The translations under genes were made by a program, and so were the position numbers. The notes under the pieces are model-generated. The model was not told where the DNA came from. It did not search any database and saw nothing but the letters and a program-made list of their open reading frames with translations. DNA of 64,000 nt from Phormidium sp. (GTDB lineage Bacteria > Cyanobacteriota > Cyanobacteriia > Cyanobacteriales > Aerosakkonemataceae): the NCBI GenBank assembly GCA_051013385.1, contig CP143273.1, positions 704,001 to 768,000 of the forward strand. The letters are read 5' to 3'. Below, in pieces: positions 53,815-64,000 of this stretch (positions are counted from its first letter, which is position 1; each line of letters begins with the position of its first letter).

Positions 53815-55821
53815 ATGTCTGTTTTCGTTGCAGTTGATAAAATCGACAAAGTTTTTGACCTATCTAACGGCGGTCAATATCTCGCCCTCAAAGGCATAGA
53901 CCTACAAATTAAAAAAGGCGAATTCATTTCTTTAATCGGTCACTCTGGTTGCGGTAAATCTACTTTATTAAACATGATTGCGGGTTTGGATTTACCCACT
54001 GAAGGAGTAGTAACTTTAGAAAGTAAAGCAATCACCAAACCTGGGCCCGATCGGATGGTGGTGTTTCAAAACTACTCGCTACTGCCTTGGTTAAATGTGC
54101 GGGAAAACATCGAATTGGCAGTAGATGAAGTAATGGCTGATCTGCCGAAGGGTGAGAGAAAATCGATCGTAGAAAAGCACATTGATATGGTAGGTTTGCG
54201 ACCCCACGCAGACAAACAACCAGCGATGCTTTCTGGGGGACAAAAACAACGAGTTGCGATCGCCCGTGCCCTAGCCATCCGTCCGAAGTTATTATTATTA
54301 GATGAACCCTTTGGCGCATTAGACGCATTAACCAGAGGGAACTTGCAAGAAAGATTGATGGAAATTTGCGACGAGTACAAAGTAACATCGGTAATGGTGA
54401 CACACGATGTTGACGAAGCTGTACTTTTGTCCGATCGCATTGTCATGTTAACCAATGGCCCTGGTTCCAAAATTGGGCAAATCTTAGATGTAGATATTCC
54501 CCGTCCCCGCAAACGGATGGAAGTAGTAAATCACCCGAATTATTACAGTTTACGGAGTGAAATGATCTACTTCCTGAACCGTCAAAAACAAGTGAAAAAG
54601 CGTCAAGCCAGCAAAGCCCAAGTTGCTGTTTCTCGCAACAATTTAGAAAAAGTAAATTTGGAAATTGGTTTTGTACCTTTAACAGCTTGTGCGCCATTAG
54701 CAGTAGCTAAAGAAAGAGGTTTCTTTGCTAAGTACGGTTTAGAAGATGTTAAGTTAGTTCGGGAACCTAGCTGGCGTGGTATTGTTGATGATATGGTAGC
54801 CGGACAATTGGATGCTGCCCAAATGCCTGCGGGGATGCCTTTGTGGTTAACTTTAGGTGGTAATGGTGGGCAATCAGTTCCGATCGTTACTTCCCTAACA
54901 ATGGCAAGAAATGGTAATGCAATTACCTTAGCCAAACGCTTTTATGAACAAGGAATTTACACCTTATCAGACCTGAAAAAATACCTGCAAAAATCCAAAG
55001 ACCAACAGCACATTTTTGGCATGGTACATCCTTCTTCCATGCACAATTTGTTGTTGCGTTATTGGTTAGCAGCAGGAGGAATTGATCCTGATAAAGATGT
55101 TAGTTTAACTGTAATTCCTCCCGCCCAAATGGTATCCAACTTGCAATCAGGAAATATCGATGGATATTGCGTAGGGGAACCTTGGAATATTCGGGCGGCG
55201 GTAGAAGGAATTGGATTTTCGATCGCCACTGATTTAGAAATTTGGTTAGGACATCCCGGAAAAGTTTTGGGAGTTCGTGAAGATTGGGCAGCCGCATATC
55301 CTAGAACCCACATAGCATTAGTAACCGCACTTTTAGAAGCAGCACAATTCTGTTCTCAAGAACGCCACTTTGAAGAAGTGCGGCAAATTTTAACCAGACC
55401 AGAATATGTAGGAACCGACATTGAATATATTCAAATCGGCGATCCTAACGTAGCAGTTTGCAGTTTAGAACATCACCGAGAATACGCCCATCACCTATTT
55501 TTTGGCGAAGGCGTTAACCGTCCCAGCCGTACCGAACATTTATGGATGTTGACCCAAATGGCGCGTTGGGATAAAGTTCCATTCCCCAGAAACTGGTTAG
55601 AAATTATGGAACGTTTGTGTCGGGTTGATGTGTTTAGTATGGCAGCGCGAGAACTCGGTTTACTCGACTTTAGTTACTCTCGCGGAAAAATCGAATTATT
55701 TGATGGCATCACCTTCAATTCCGAAGATCCACTGGCTTATCTTGCCCAGCAAAAAATCAAACGGGAATTCCGCATTGAAGAAGTTGCTTTGCCCGTTCCA
55801 GGAAGATTGAAAGTTGCTTAA
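53815..55821 (+). CDS. cmpC: Bicarbonate ABC transporter ATPase with C-terminal regulatory domain
   Basis: GHSGCGKST, LSGGQ, LLLDEPF plus CmpA-like C-terminal domain. Confidence 0.88.
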   Translation: MSVFVAVDKIDKVFDLSNGGQYLALKGIDLQIKKGEFISLIGHSGCGKSTLLNMIAGLDLPTEGVVTLESKAITKPGPDRMVVFQNYSLLPWLNVRENIELAVDEVMADLPKGERKSIVEKHIDMVGLRPHADKQPAMLSGGQKQRVAIARALAIRPKLLLLDEPFGALDALTRGNLQERLMEICDEYKVTSVMVTHDVDEAVLLSDRIVMLTNGPGSKIGQILDVDIPRPRKRMEVVNHPNYYSLRSEMIYFLNRQKQVKKRQASKAQVAVSRNNLEKVNLEIGFVPLTACAPLAVAKERGFFAKYGLEDVKLVREPSWRGIVDDMVAGQLDAAQMPAGMPLWLTLGGNGGQSVPIVTSLTMARNGNAITLAKRFYEQGIYTLSDLKKYLQKSKDQQHIFGMVHPSSMHNLLLRYWLAAGGIDPDKDVSLTVIPPAQMVSNLQSGNIDGYCVGEPWNIRAAVEGIGFSIATDLEIWLGHPGKVLGVREDWAAAYPRTHIALVTALLEAAQFCSQERHFEEVRQILTRPEYVGTDIEYIQIGDPNVAVCSLEHHREYAHHLFFGEGVNRPSRTEHLWMLTQMARWDKVPFPRNWLEIMERLCRVDVFSMAARELGLLDFSYSRGKIELFDGITFNSEDPLAYLAQQKIKREFRIEEVALPVPGRLKVA

Positions 55822-55965
55822 ATTGGGGACTGGGGTAGGGGCGATTCATGAATCGCCCTTACTAGGGACTGAGACAAATGTCAACTCCTCTTCTCTACTC
55901 TCTGTGTCCTCTGCGTCTCTGTGGTTCAAAAAAAACCTCACACACACCTCAAATAATTTAGGAAA

Positions 55966-56829
55966 ATGCCAACCTTGAAAAACCCAACCACTAAAACAAC
56001 TCAAACAACCAAAACTCCTGTAGCTGTAAAATCAGCGAGAAAAGAGGCATTTTTAAACTTTGAAAATGTCTCGAAAGCCTTCCCCACACCCAAAGGCCCT
56101 TATGTAGTTTTAGAAGATGTTAACCTCAAGATTCAAGAAGGCGAATTTATCTGCGTCATCGGGCACTCAGGTTGCGGAAAATCCACATTATTAAATATGG
56201 TTTCGGGTTTTTCTCGACCAACGACTGGGGAAGTAAGATTGCGATCGCAACAGATAACCAAACCCGGCCCAGACCGCATGGTAGTATTCCAAAACTATGC
56301 CTTATTACCTTGGTTAACTGCTTTTGAAAACATCTACTTGGCAGTTGATGCGGTTCACCCAGACAAATCTCAGTCCGACAAAGAAGAAATTGTCAAATAC
56401 AACTTAAATTTGGTCGGACTCACAGAAGCAGCTAACAAAAAACCGCAGCAACTTTCTGGGGGGATGAAACAGCGGATTTCCATCGCCCGTGCCCTCTCTA
56501 TTCGTCCACAAGTATTAATCCTAGACGAACCATTTGGGGCGTTAGACGCTATCACCAAAGAAGAGTTACAAGAAGAACTGCTGAAAATTTGGAACGATAT
56601 GCGGATGACAGTGTTGATGATTACTCACGACATTGACGAAGCCTTATTTTTAGCCGATCGCTTGGTGATGATGACCAATGGCCCACGCGCCAATATCGGG
56701 GAAATCCTCAACATTCCTTTTTCCCGCCCGCGCGATCGTACTCGAATCATGGAAGACCCGGAATATTACAATCTCCGTAACTACGCCCTAGATTACTTGT
56801 TCCGACGCTTTGCCCACGATGATGAGTAA
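55966..56829 (+). CDS. cmpD: Bicarbonate ABC transporter ATPase
   Basis: GHSGCGKST, LSGGMKQR, ILDEPF. Confidence 0.88.
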   Translation: MPTLKNPTTKTTQTTKTPVAVKSARKEAFLNFENVSKAFPTPKGPYVVLEDVNLKIQEGEFICVIGHSGCGKSTLLNMVSGFSRPTTGEVRLRSQQITKPGPDRMVVFQNYALLPWLTAFENIYLAVDAVHPDKSQSDKEEIVKYNLNLVGLTEAANKKPQQLSGGMKQRISIARALSIRPQVLILDEPFGALDAITKEELQEELLKIWNDMRMTVLMITHDIDEALFLADRLVMMTNGPRANIGEILNIPFSRPRDRTRIMEDPEYYNLRNYALDYLFRRFAHDDE

Positions 56830-56950
56830 TATCAGATTTCCTTATACCTGTGTGGTTTAAAACCTCCAGTGTATACCAGAGGTGGGCCTTCTCACCTCTT
56901 TCTTGTGCAATGTTACGTTCAATGCTATACAGATTTACCGTTTTTTTTTT

Positions 56951-56993
56951 TACTATCAATTAAAATCTATGGTAACGATTAGTACTATCAATT
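56951..56993 (+). promoter_or_regulatory. Candidate NdhR/CcmR (LysR) binding region
   Basis: ATCA-N8-CTAT at 56955-56970 (cf. ATAG-N8-CTAT); TACTATCAATT repeated at 56951 and 56983. Confidence 0.45.
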
Positions 56994-57210
56994 TAATAAA
57001 ATTAAAAAACTCTTAAATTCATAAGAAAATTTGATACATTGTTATCTAACAACTAGCTTGGCTCAACAAGCTAGCGATTCTTGGCACATTAATGGCTTCG
57101 TAAACACGCAAATATTAATATGCCTTAACGGAAGAATATGGATTGAGGCTACTCAAGTCCATAAACTTCGTTTATCCATAATTCTTGCTGAAATTCGAGG
57201 GGTAATCCTG

Positions 57211-59070
57211 ATGTCTCAGTTCTTGCTCCAAACTATTTGGATGGTGCCCATATATCCCTTAATCGGGATGATTTTAACAATACCCTGGTCGCCCGGAATC
57301 ATTCGCCGCACCGGGCCAAGACCATCGGGTTATGTTAACCTAATTACAACATTTTTGGCTTTTCTGCACGGGTTATTTGCCCTAACAGCTATTTGGAATC
57401 AAGCATCCTATCAACTTTTTATTCCTTGGCTGCAAGTAGCTAACCTAGACTTAACTTTGCCCTTGGAAATCTCCACCGTGACAGTAGGAGCTACAGTTGT
57501 AATCACGGGGTTAAACTTTCTAGCGCAAATTTTCGCCGTCGGTTATTTGGAGATGGACTGGGGGTGGGCAAGATTCTTTGCTTTAGTCGCATTTTTCGAG
57601 GCGGGAATGTGCAGTTTAGTATTGTGCAACTCCCTCTTTTTCAGCTACGCCATCCTCGAACTTTTAACCCTTGGCACTTATTTACTCGTCGGATATTGGT
57701 TTAACCAATCATTAGTAATCACAGGCGCAAGAGATGCGTTTTTAACCAAACGGGTAGGAGACTTATTCCTACTCATGGGAGTTTTAGCAATCTATCCCAT
57801 TGCCCAAACTTGGAACTTCACCGATTTAGCAGAATGGGCATCAACCGCTCAAATTGACCCAAAACTCGCTGCATTATTGGGTTTAGCTTTAATTGCAGGG
57901 CCATTGGGCAAATGCGCTCAATTTCCCTTACACTTGTGGCTAGATGAAGCAATGGAAGGCCCCCTGCCAGCTACCATTTTGCGGAATGCCGTAGTTGTCG
58001 CCACTGGCGCTTGGGTATTAGTCAAACTTCAACCAGTTTTAGCCCTCTCTCCAGTCACCGAGTCAGCAATGTTTATTATTGGTGGCGCGACTGCTGTTGG
58101 TGCTTCTTTAATATCTATTGCCCAAATTGATATTAAACGCGCTTTGTCTTATCTTGTCAGCGCATATATGGGCATAGTTTTTATTGCTGTAGCTGCTGAA
58201 CAAACCCAAATTGCACTTTTATTAACCTTCACTTATGCACTCAGCATGGCGCTTTTGGTAATGGGTGTTGGTGGCGTAGTTTGGAATAATACCACTCAAG
58301 ATTTAACTCAATATGGTGGTTTGTGGTCACGCCGACCAGTATCAGGATTTGCCTTTATTATTGGTGCAGCTGGGTTAATTGCCTTGCCACCATTGGGCGG
58401 TTTTTGGTCAATGCAACAATTAGTCGAAAATCTGTGGGTTTCATATCCTTTTATGGCTGGATTAGTGTTAGCAGTTAACGCTATTGTTGCCTTTAGTTTG
58501 ACTCGCACTTTCGGCTTAGTGTTTGCGGGTAAAGTCAAACCAATGACTTACCGTTCTCCAGAAATTCATTGGCCGATGGCTTTGCCAATGGTAATTTTAA
58601 GTAGCTTAAATCTTCACGTTCCACTGTTACTTTTGCAATGGCATCAGTTACCCAATTTAGAAACTGGAAATCTAGCAGTGGCGTTAAGTTTGATTGTTTC
58701 GAGTTTAGCTGGTTTCGCTTTGAGTGGCGTAATTTATCTCAACAATAGTTGGGAAAAACCAGTGCAGTTAAGTTGGAAACCTCTACAAGATTTCTTTGCT
58801 TACGACCTGTACACTGCCAAACTTTATAAATTGACGATCGTCTTTGTGGTTGATTTAATTTCTCGTGTGATGTATGCGATCGATCGTTACCTAGTTGATG
58901 GATTAGTAAATCTCACCGGACTCGCCACAGTTTTTAGCGGACAAACTCTCAAATACAACGTCTCAGGTAAAGGTCAGTTTTACCTCTTAAGCATCCTCTT
59001 GGGCGTTTCTTTACTAGTAATTATCGTCAGCTGGCCCTTTTTATCCCAACTATTAATTGTCAGCAAATGA
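57211..59070 (+). CDS. ndhF3: NDH-1 subunit F3 (CO2 uptake)
   Basis: IRRTGPRP, MEGPLPA; ATG 57211 after GAGGGG. Confidence 0.9.
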   Translation: MSQFLLQTIWMVPIYPLIGMILTIPWSPGIIRRTGPRPSGYVNLITTFLAFLHGLFALTAIWNQASYQLFIPWLQVANLDLTLPLEISTVTVGATVVITGLNFLAQIFAVGYLEMDWGWARFFALVAFFEAGMCSLVLCNSLFFSYAILELLTLGTYLLVGYWFNQSLVITGARDAFLTKRVGDLFLLMGVLAIYPIAQTWNFTDLAEWASTAQIDPKLAALLGLALIAGPLGKCAQFPLHLWLDEAMEGPLPATILRNAVVVATGAWVLVKLQPVLALSPVTESAMFIIGGATAVGASLISIAQIDIKRALSYLVSAYMGIVFIAVAAEQTQIALLLTFTYALSMALLVMGVGGVVWNNTTQDLTQYGGLWSRRPVSGFAFIIGAAGLIALPPLGGFWSMQQLVENLWVSYPFMAGLVLAVNAIVAFSLTRTFGLVFAGKVKPMTYRSPEIHWPMALPMVILSSLNLHVPLLLLQWHQLPNLETGNLAVALSLIVSSLAGFALSGVIYLNNSWEKPVQLSWKPLQDFFAYDLYTAKLYKLTIVFVVDLISRVMYAIDRYLVDGLVNLTGLATVFSGQTLKYNVSGKGQFYLLSILLGVSLLVIIVSWPFLSQLLIVSK

Positions 59071-59216
59071 GTAAGGGCAGGAAATAAGCAAGGGCTGGTT
59101 TTGTTGAAAGGCGATCTGTAAGAAGGAAAAGTTATTTTCTAAACCCGCCCCTACATTCAAAACTATCTTCCTAACTCAAAACTCAAAACTCAAAACTCAA
59201 AACTTGACTAATCACC

Positions 59217-60743
59217 ATGCTGAGTACTTTAATTTGGTTGCCTGTCATTGGTGCTGCTATCATCGGATTACTACCACAAGAAAAAGCAGCACGTAACGCT
59301 CGAAATTTAGCTTTAATAGTAGCTAGCGCCATCTTCTTTTGGACTATTTTAATTTTGTCCAAATTCAGTATTAGTAATCCCGGTTTTCAATTTACCGAAT
59401 ACCTACCTTGGATTGAAACTTTGGGTTTGTCCTATAATTTGGGTATCGATGGTATATCTTTACCTTTAATAGTTTTAAATAGTTTGCTGATTTGGATAGT
59501 AATTTTCAGCAGCGGTGAAAACATTGCTCGTCCGAAACTTTATTACTCTTTAATTCTGTTAGTTAGTTCTGGGTTAGCAGGTTCTTTCCTAGCACAGAAT
59601 TTACTGCTGTTTGTGCTGTTCTACGAAATTGAACTCATCCCCCTGTATTTGTTAATTGCGATTTGGGGTGGTTTAAAACGGGAATATGCAGCGATTAAAT
59701 TTTTACTTTACACAGCAGTTTCGGGAATTCTGATTTTAGTTGCTTTCTTAGCTTTGGGTTGGTTAGCAGGAACTACCATTACAGGCAGCACTCTCAATTT
59801 TGATTACGCCACAATTAAATCAACAATTTTGCCTTTTAGTTGGCAACTTCCCCTGTTAATTACTTTGTTAATTGGTTTCGGAATCAAGACTCCTTTAGTT
59901 CCTTTCCACACTTGGTTGCCTGATGCTTATGTGGAAGCTTCTCCACCAATAGCAATTCTTTTGGGTGGTGTTTTAGCGAAGTTGGGAACTTATGGTTTAG
60001 TGCGTTTTTGTTTGGGTTTATTCCCTGATGTTTGGGGAACTTTGGCTCCTAGTTTAGCAGTTTGGGCGACGGTGAGTGTGGTTTATGGGGCGCTAACTGC
60101 GATCGCCCAAAAAGACATCAAAAGAATGGTAGCTTATAGTTCGATCGGACACATGGGTTATGTGCTCTTAGGACTCGCCCCCGCCACACCTTTAGGAACT
60201 GTCGGCGCAGTCGCCCAAATGTTCAGTCACGGCGTTATTTTAGCTGCACTTTTCTATTTAGTTGGTGTAGTTGAAGCAAAAGTGGGAACTCGCGAACTTG
60301 ATGTACTCAATGGTTTAATGAACCCCATTCGCGGTTTACCTTTTATTAGCGCTTTTCTCGTAGCAGCAGGAATGGCAAGTGCGGGTATTCCAGGTTTAGT
60401 AGGTTTCATTGCTGAATTTGTAGTTTTCCAAGGCGCTTATGCAACATTTCCAATCCCAACTTTAATCTGTGTGGTAGGAACAATGTTGACCGGAGTTTAC
60501 TTTGTAATTCTGTTGAACCGCACCTGTTTTGGCAAGTTGGATAACGCTACAGCTTATTATCCCAAAGTGTTATGGACTGAACGAATTCCCGCTTTAATTT
60601 TAGTAGGTTTAACTTTCTTTTTAGGCGTGCAACCTACTTGGTTAATGCGTTGGACTGAACAAAGTAGCACCGCATTAGTAGCATCTGTGCAAGTTCATCC
60701 GCAACAACAAATAGCGAAAGTCATCGAACCCCTAGAAAAGTAA
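59217..60743 (+). CDS. ndhD3: NDH-1 subunit D3
   Basis: HTWLPDAYVEAS, NGLMNPIRGLP; lies between ndhF3 and cupA. Confidence 0.9.
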   Translation: MLSTLIWLPVIGAAIIGLLPQEKAARNARNLALIVASAIFFWTILILSKFSISNPGFQFTEYLPWIETLGLSYNLGIDGISLPLIVLNSLLIWIVIFSSGENIARPKLYYSLILLVSSGLAGSFLAQNLLLFVLFYEIELIPLYLLIAIWGGLKREYAAIKFLLYTAVSGILILVAFLALGWLAGTTITGSTLNFDYATIKSTILPFSWQLPLLITLLIGFGIKTPLVPFHTWLPDAYVEASPPIAILLGGVLAKLGTYGLVRFCLGLFPDVWGTLAPSLAVWATVSVVYGALTAIAQKDIKRMVAYSSIGHMGYVLLGLAPATPLGTVGAVAQMFSHGVILAALFYLVGVVEAKVGTRELDVLNGLMNPIRGLPFISAFLVAAGMASAGIPGLVGFIAEFVVFQGAYATFPIPTLICVVGTMLTGVYFVILLNRTCFGKLDNATAYYPKVLWTERIPALILVGLTFFLGVQPTWLMRWTEQSSTALVASVQVHPQQQIAKVIEPLEK

Positions 60744-60886
60744 AGTTCGTTGTAAGCACTTCAGTGCTTTAGCGCTGAAGCGCTTACAACAACCCTCTGG
60801 AAAAGTAAAGTTCGTTGTAAGCACTTCAGTGCTGAAGCGCTTACAACGAACCGAGTTTATTAGAAGTAATTTAGCAGGAAAATAAG

Positions 60887-62185
60887 ATGGTACAAACTCC
60901 CATTAAACCTTCAACTAAACTGCCTCCTTCAAGACATAAATATGCTGATGTCGTGCATCGTTTGGAAGCTGGCGGTGCAATGTTACCTGATTCGCCAGAA
61001 AATTTGATGCAAATTATCGGTATCTATAAAGCTTATGCTGTACCGATGGATTTTTATTGGCGGGATTTGCTTTATATTGGGGAGAAGGTTTTTGTCGATC
61101 CTTTCCCTTTCTTTAAGTACTTTTTGCCCGATGAGTATTTAAATTTGCATAACCATTATCAAGGTGATGATGCAGATTATCGAGTTTGGAGAAGGGGAGA
61201 AGCTACAGCACATCCTGAACTTTTAGAGTTTATGGATAAGGGAGAATTAAAGAAGAATTTTCCCCGGATTTTCCATCACCTGTGGCACGATCGCATTAAC
61301 ATGGAATTCGCTGAAGAATGTATGCGTTCTATGCTTTGGCATCGTCTCGGTGGTGGAATGGATGTTTATTTGGATACCCCGGAATATAAGAAGGCAGCTG
61401 ATGAGGCGATTAAGTCTTATTTTAAGGGTAATCCAGCAATGTTGACCCTGTATAAACTGTTCCCAGATTTGTTTTTGGAACAATGTCGCCAAGCTTCTTA
61501 TTATGCTAATCTGGGGTTATTCTGGGAAGTGATGGCTCCGGTGTTTTTTGAAATTAGCGATCGCTACGACTCAGGAGAAATTACCACCGTTCCTCAAGCA
61601 ATGGATTTCCTGGTAAATTGCATCTTTATCGCCGCCGGAAGACCAATTTATCACCATGTAAAAATTCGCGATGAAGTGCATAAAATCATTCCCAAAGATT
61701 TAGGTTTAATGTGGTTATATGATGCTGCTTTACCTTATGTGGAAGCAGTTTTCTATCGCACTTCTCCCTTCCGAGGCACAAAATCTTACAACGCCCAAGC
61801 AAAACAAATTCCTGAAAAGCAAGAAGATTTCCACTATGGAATTCTTTATGCTGATGTGTTTCCGGTAGGTACTGCGGGTATTCCTCCAACCCAATTAATG
61901 CAGGATATGTTCCATTTCTTACCCCCATATTTGAAGGATTACTATCACAAACATTGTCGCAATGAAGATGATATGTTAATCCAATTGGGAATTAGTTTCC
62001 AACGTTCTATGTATGTGGTGACATCAGCAGTATTTAATGGTTTAAGAACTGCTTTGTTGTATCCTTTAGACGATCCAAATCCGAAACATTTAATGGCAAA
62101 TCGTAACTTCTTTGAATCTCAACTCGATCGTTTCTTGCGCCCAGAAGCGAGAATCGGTAGCATTCAAAATCAAGAGTACAGGTAA
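60887..62185 (+). CDS. cupA: CO2 hydration protein CupA (ChpY)
   Basis: RLEAGGAMLPDSPEN, HHLWHDRINMEFAE; 432 aa fits CupA rather than the shorter CupB. Confidence 0.9.
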   Translation: MVQTPIKPSTKLPPSRHKYADVVHRLEAGGAMLPDSPENLMQIIGIYKAYAVPMDFYWRDLLYIGEKVFVDPFPFFKYFLPDEYLNLHNHYQGDDADYRVWRRGEATAHPELLEFMDKGELKKNFPRIFHHLWHDRINMEFAEECMRSMLWHRLGGGMDVYLDTPEYKKAADEAIKSYFKGNPAMLTLYKLFPDLFLEQCRQASYYANLGLFWEVMAPVFFEISDRYDSGEITTVPQAMDFLVNCIFIAAGRPIYHHVKIRDEVHKIIPKDLGLMWLYDAALPYVEAVFYRTSPFRGTKSYNAQAKQIPEKQEDFHYGILYADVFPVGTAGIPPTQLMQDMFHFLPPYLKDYYHKHCRNEDDMLIQLGISFQRSMYVVTSAVFNGLRTALLYPLDDPNPKHLMANRNFFESQLDRFLRPEARIGSIQNQEYR

Positions 62186-62325
62186 CTTCTCCAAGTTCGT
62201 TGTAAACGCTTTAGCGTTGCCGCACTGAAGTGCTTACAACAAACCTTTTTTATCAGGTTTGTTGTAGACGCTTCAGCGTTACAGCACTGAAGTGCTTACA
62301 ACGAACAGTACAATAGCTGTGAAAG

Positions 62326-63696
62326 GTGTCTTTACTCACAGCAAACAAACTAATGAATAAAATAATTTACCCAACTCTTGATTTATTTCTTTACCACCAA
62401 AGAGAAGGTTTAACAGAAAACGAAGCAGATATTAAGACAAATCATGCTAATTTTTGGTCTAATTTACCCAAGAATTTAAAGGTTGAACTGAGTGAAGAAG
62501 CAAAGGCAGAAAATACAGAATATGTCAGATTACTGGAATTTTCCGAAGCTGCAAAGAGACAAAAACAATTTTTCTTTACGGCATCTTTAGGCGGATATCC
62601 TATAGAAGCTTCTTACTATCCAATTCGGTTAAATGATACTTACGCGCTATTATTTGATTGCTATATTAATGATAAAATTCAACCTCAACCTATTAGTTGT
62701 CTACAATATTTAAAAACTTTAGCTGATTATAAAACTGCAAATTTAGGCACAACTTGGATAATTTCCGGTTACTTATCACCATCTTCTAATCCGCAAGTTA
62801 TCGCCCAAGAATTATACAAAGAATTTACTGGAAAAGAATGGCAAAACCCCCAAGAAGGTAAGTTTTTAGGTGCAACTGTTTTTGAAATTTGGCAACCTCC
62901 GCAAAAGTGGGAAGATATAGAAAAGGAAAATCATCATGTTTTGATTTTTCTCTATCCAAACTTGCAAACGATGGGGAAAACAGCTAGTTTTTATAAACTG
63001 TGGTTACAGCTTTTCTGTTATCGTAATAAAGTGATTTGGGCTTATGCGGAAAGTCGAAAATGTAACCATGAATTGCATAAATTAGTTACAGAGATTGCTA
63101 ATATAAATTATAAAATAGAGAATATTTCTGCATCAATTGATTTACAGAAAATCCTCCAATATCAGCCAAAAACATCTTTTAATTATCAGACTAACCTCAA
63201 TAAACTAGAAACATTGCAACAAATCATAAATAATAATTTAGCTAGTCACCAATTTTTCATAAAACGAATTAAAGAAGAATCTCAATATCTTACTGAAAAA
63301 GATGTTTTGCTTGGCAAAACTGACCTAGAATTTTTAGAAAAGTTTAGTAGAGTAGTAGAGCAAAACTATAAATCTAAAATAGCTATAAATCACACTAATT
63401 ATAGTTTAATGGCTAAAGTTTTAGACAGCCAGATTAACACAATTCAAGGGATGATAGATTTAGAGAGAAAAGTAAGCGATCGCACTCTCACCAACACAAT
63501 TATTATCGCCAGCACCGGATTAGCAGCAAGTAGCGTTACCGCCTCTATTATCTCTCAAAAATTGCCATCTCCCACAGAAAGAAGTAACTCAATTTCTGTT
63601 GAACAAGCTTTTGGTTTAAGTGTTGGAGTTGGGTTAGTTGGAGTGGCGATCGCTTATGTAATTCTCCGTCTATTCCGCAAAGTTTTGCTAAAGTAA
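62326..63696 (+). CDS. Hypothetical protein with C-terminal TM helices
   Basis: Long ORF; IYPTLDLFLY start region and two C-terminal hydrophobic segments. Confidence 0.7.
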   Translation: MSLLTANKLMNKIIYPTLDLFLYHQREGLTENEADIKTNHANFWSNLPKNLKVELSEEAKAENTEYVRLLEFSEAAKRQKQFFFTASLGGYPIEASYYPIRLNDTYALLFDCYINDKIQPQPISCLQYLKTLADYKTANLGTTWIISGYLSPSSNPQVIAQELYKEFTGKEWQNPQEGKFLGATVFEIWQPPQKWEDIEKENHHVLIFLYPNLQTMGKTASFYKLWLQLFCYRNKVIWAYAESRKCNHELHKLVTEIANINYKIENISASIDLQKILQYQPKTSFNYQTNLNKLETLQQIINNNLASHQFFIKRIKEESQYLTEKDVLLGKTDLEFLEKFSRVVEQNYKSKIAINHTNYSLMAKVLDSQINTIQGMIDLERKVSDRTLTNTIIIASTGLAASSVTASIISQKLPSPTERSNSISVEQAFGLSVGVGLVGVAIAYVILRLFRKVLLK

Positions 63697-63725
63697 GAAA
63701 AACCCCAAATTTAAAAATAGTAGAT

Positions 63726-64000
63726 ATGGTAACATCAGACAACGCTTTAGTTGAACAACCTGTTCCAGCAATTCCTCAAGAAAATAGAATCGTGATGAGA
63801 GGTGTTAGCTGGCAAACTTACAAACAATTAATGAAAGAAGTAGGAGACGATCGCGCTTGGAGAATCGCTTACGATCGAGGAGTGTTAGAAACTAGAATGC
63901 CGTTGTTAAAACATGAAGTTCCCAAAGGTTTAATAGAGAGTTTTGTTGAAGTCATTGCAGACGAACTCGGTATTGAAGTAAGAAAGTTAGGTGCTTTAAC
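63726..64000 (+). CDS. Uma2 family endonuclease (partial)
   Basis: GVSWQTY..RIAYDRGVLETRMPLLKHE; runs off the window. Confidence 0.8.
   Translation, partial: MVTSDNALVEQPVPAIPQENRIVMRGVSWQTYKQLMKEVGDDRAWRIAYDRGVLETRMPLLKHEVPKGLIESFVEVIADELGIEVRKLGAL

Noticed and set aside
51304..56829. Nitrate transporter nrtABCD
   Set aside because: GCLGNPP signature and linkage to ndhF3/cupA, with no nirA/narB nearby, favour cmpABCD
59172..59204. Heptamer runs (AACTCAA here; AAAATCC near 49625-49657; TTGGTAG near 30752-30772; CATTAGT near 28860-28892)
   Set aside because: Ordinary STRR repeats of filamentous cyanobacteria, no spacers, not CRISPR

Overview
Cyanobacterial chromosomal window, probably a filamentous Oscillatoriales-like organism (inferred from abundant HIP1 GCGATCGC octamers, heptamer STRRs and REP-like palindromes). 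Core loci: rimO-crhR, coxBAC (aa3 oxidase), rpsF, and a low-CO2 cluster (cmpABCD next to ndhF3-ndhD3-cupA). Accessory content: (1) a cargo-free 6.9 kb Tn7-like transposon (13196-20107) with tnsABCD, clear TnsB-site ends, no target-site duplication, a small divergent HTH gene bracketed by three TGTCA-N3-TGACA palindromes, and a TGTRTGAYT motif series at the insertion site; (2) an IS200/IS605 element with intact TnpB whose tnpA is disrupted by a 100-bp ISL3-like MITE; (3) a 3728-aa GT2 glycosyltransferase / TPS haemagglutinin / collagen-like / CHAT protease fusion; (4) a secreted tyrosinase with a CHRD-like domain nested in a Calx-beta domain; (5) a signalling region (NB-ARC/TPR protein, tandem Ser/Thr kinases) with two head-to-head 5'-truncation junctions. 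No cas genes, tRNA or rRNA were recognised. All family calls come from motif recognition by eye, not database searches.
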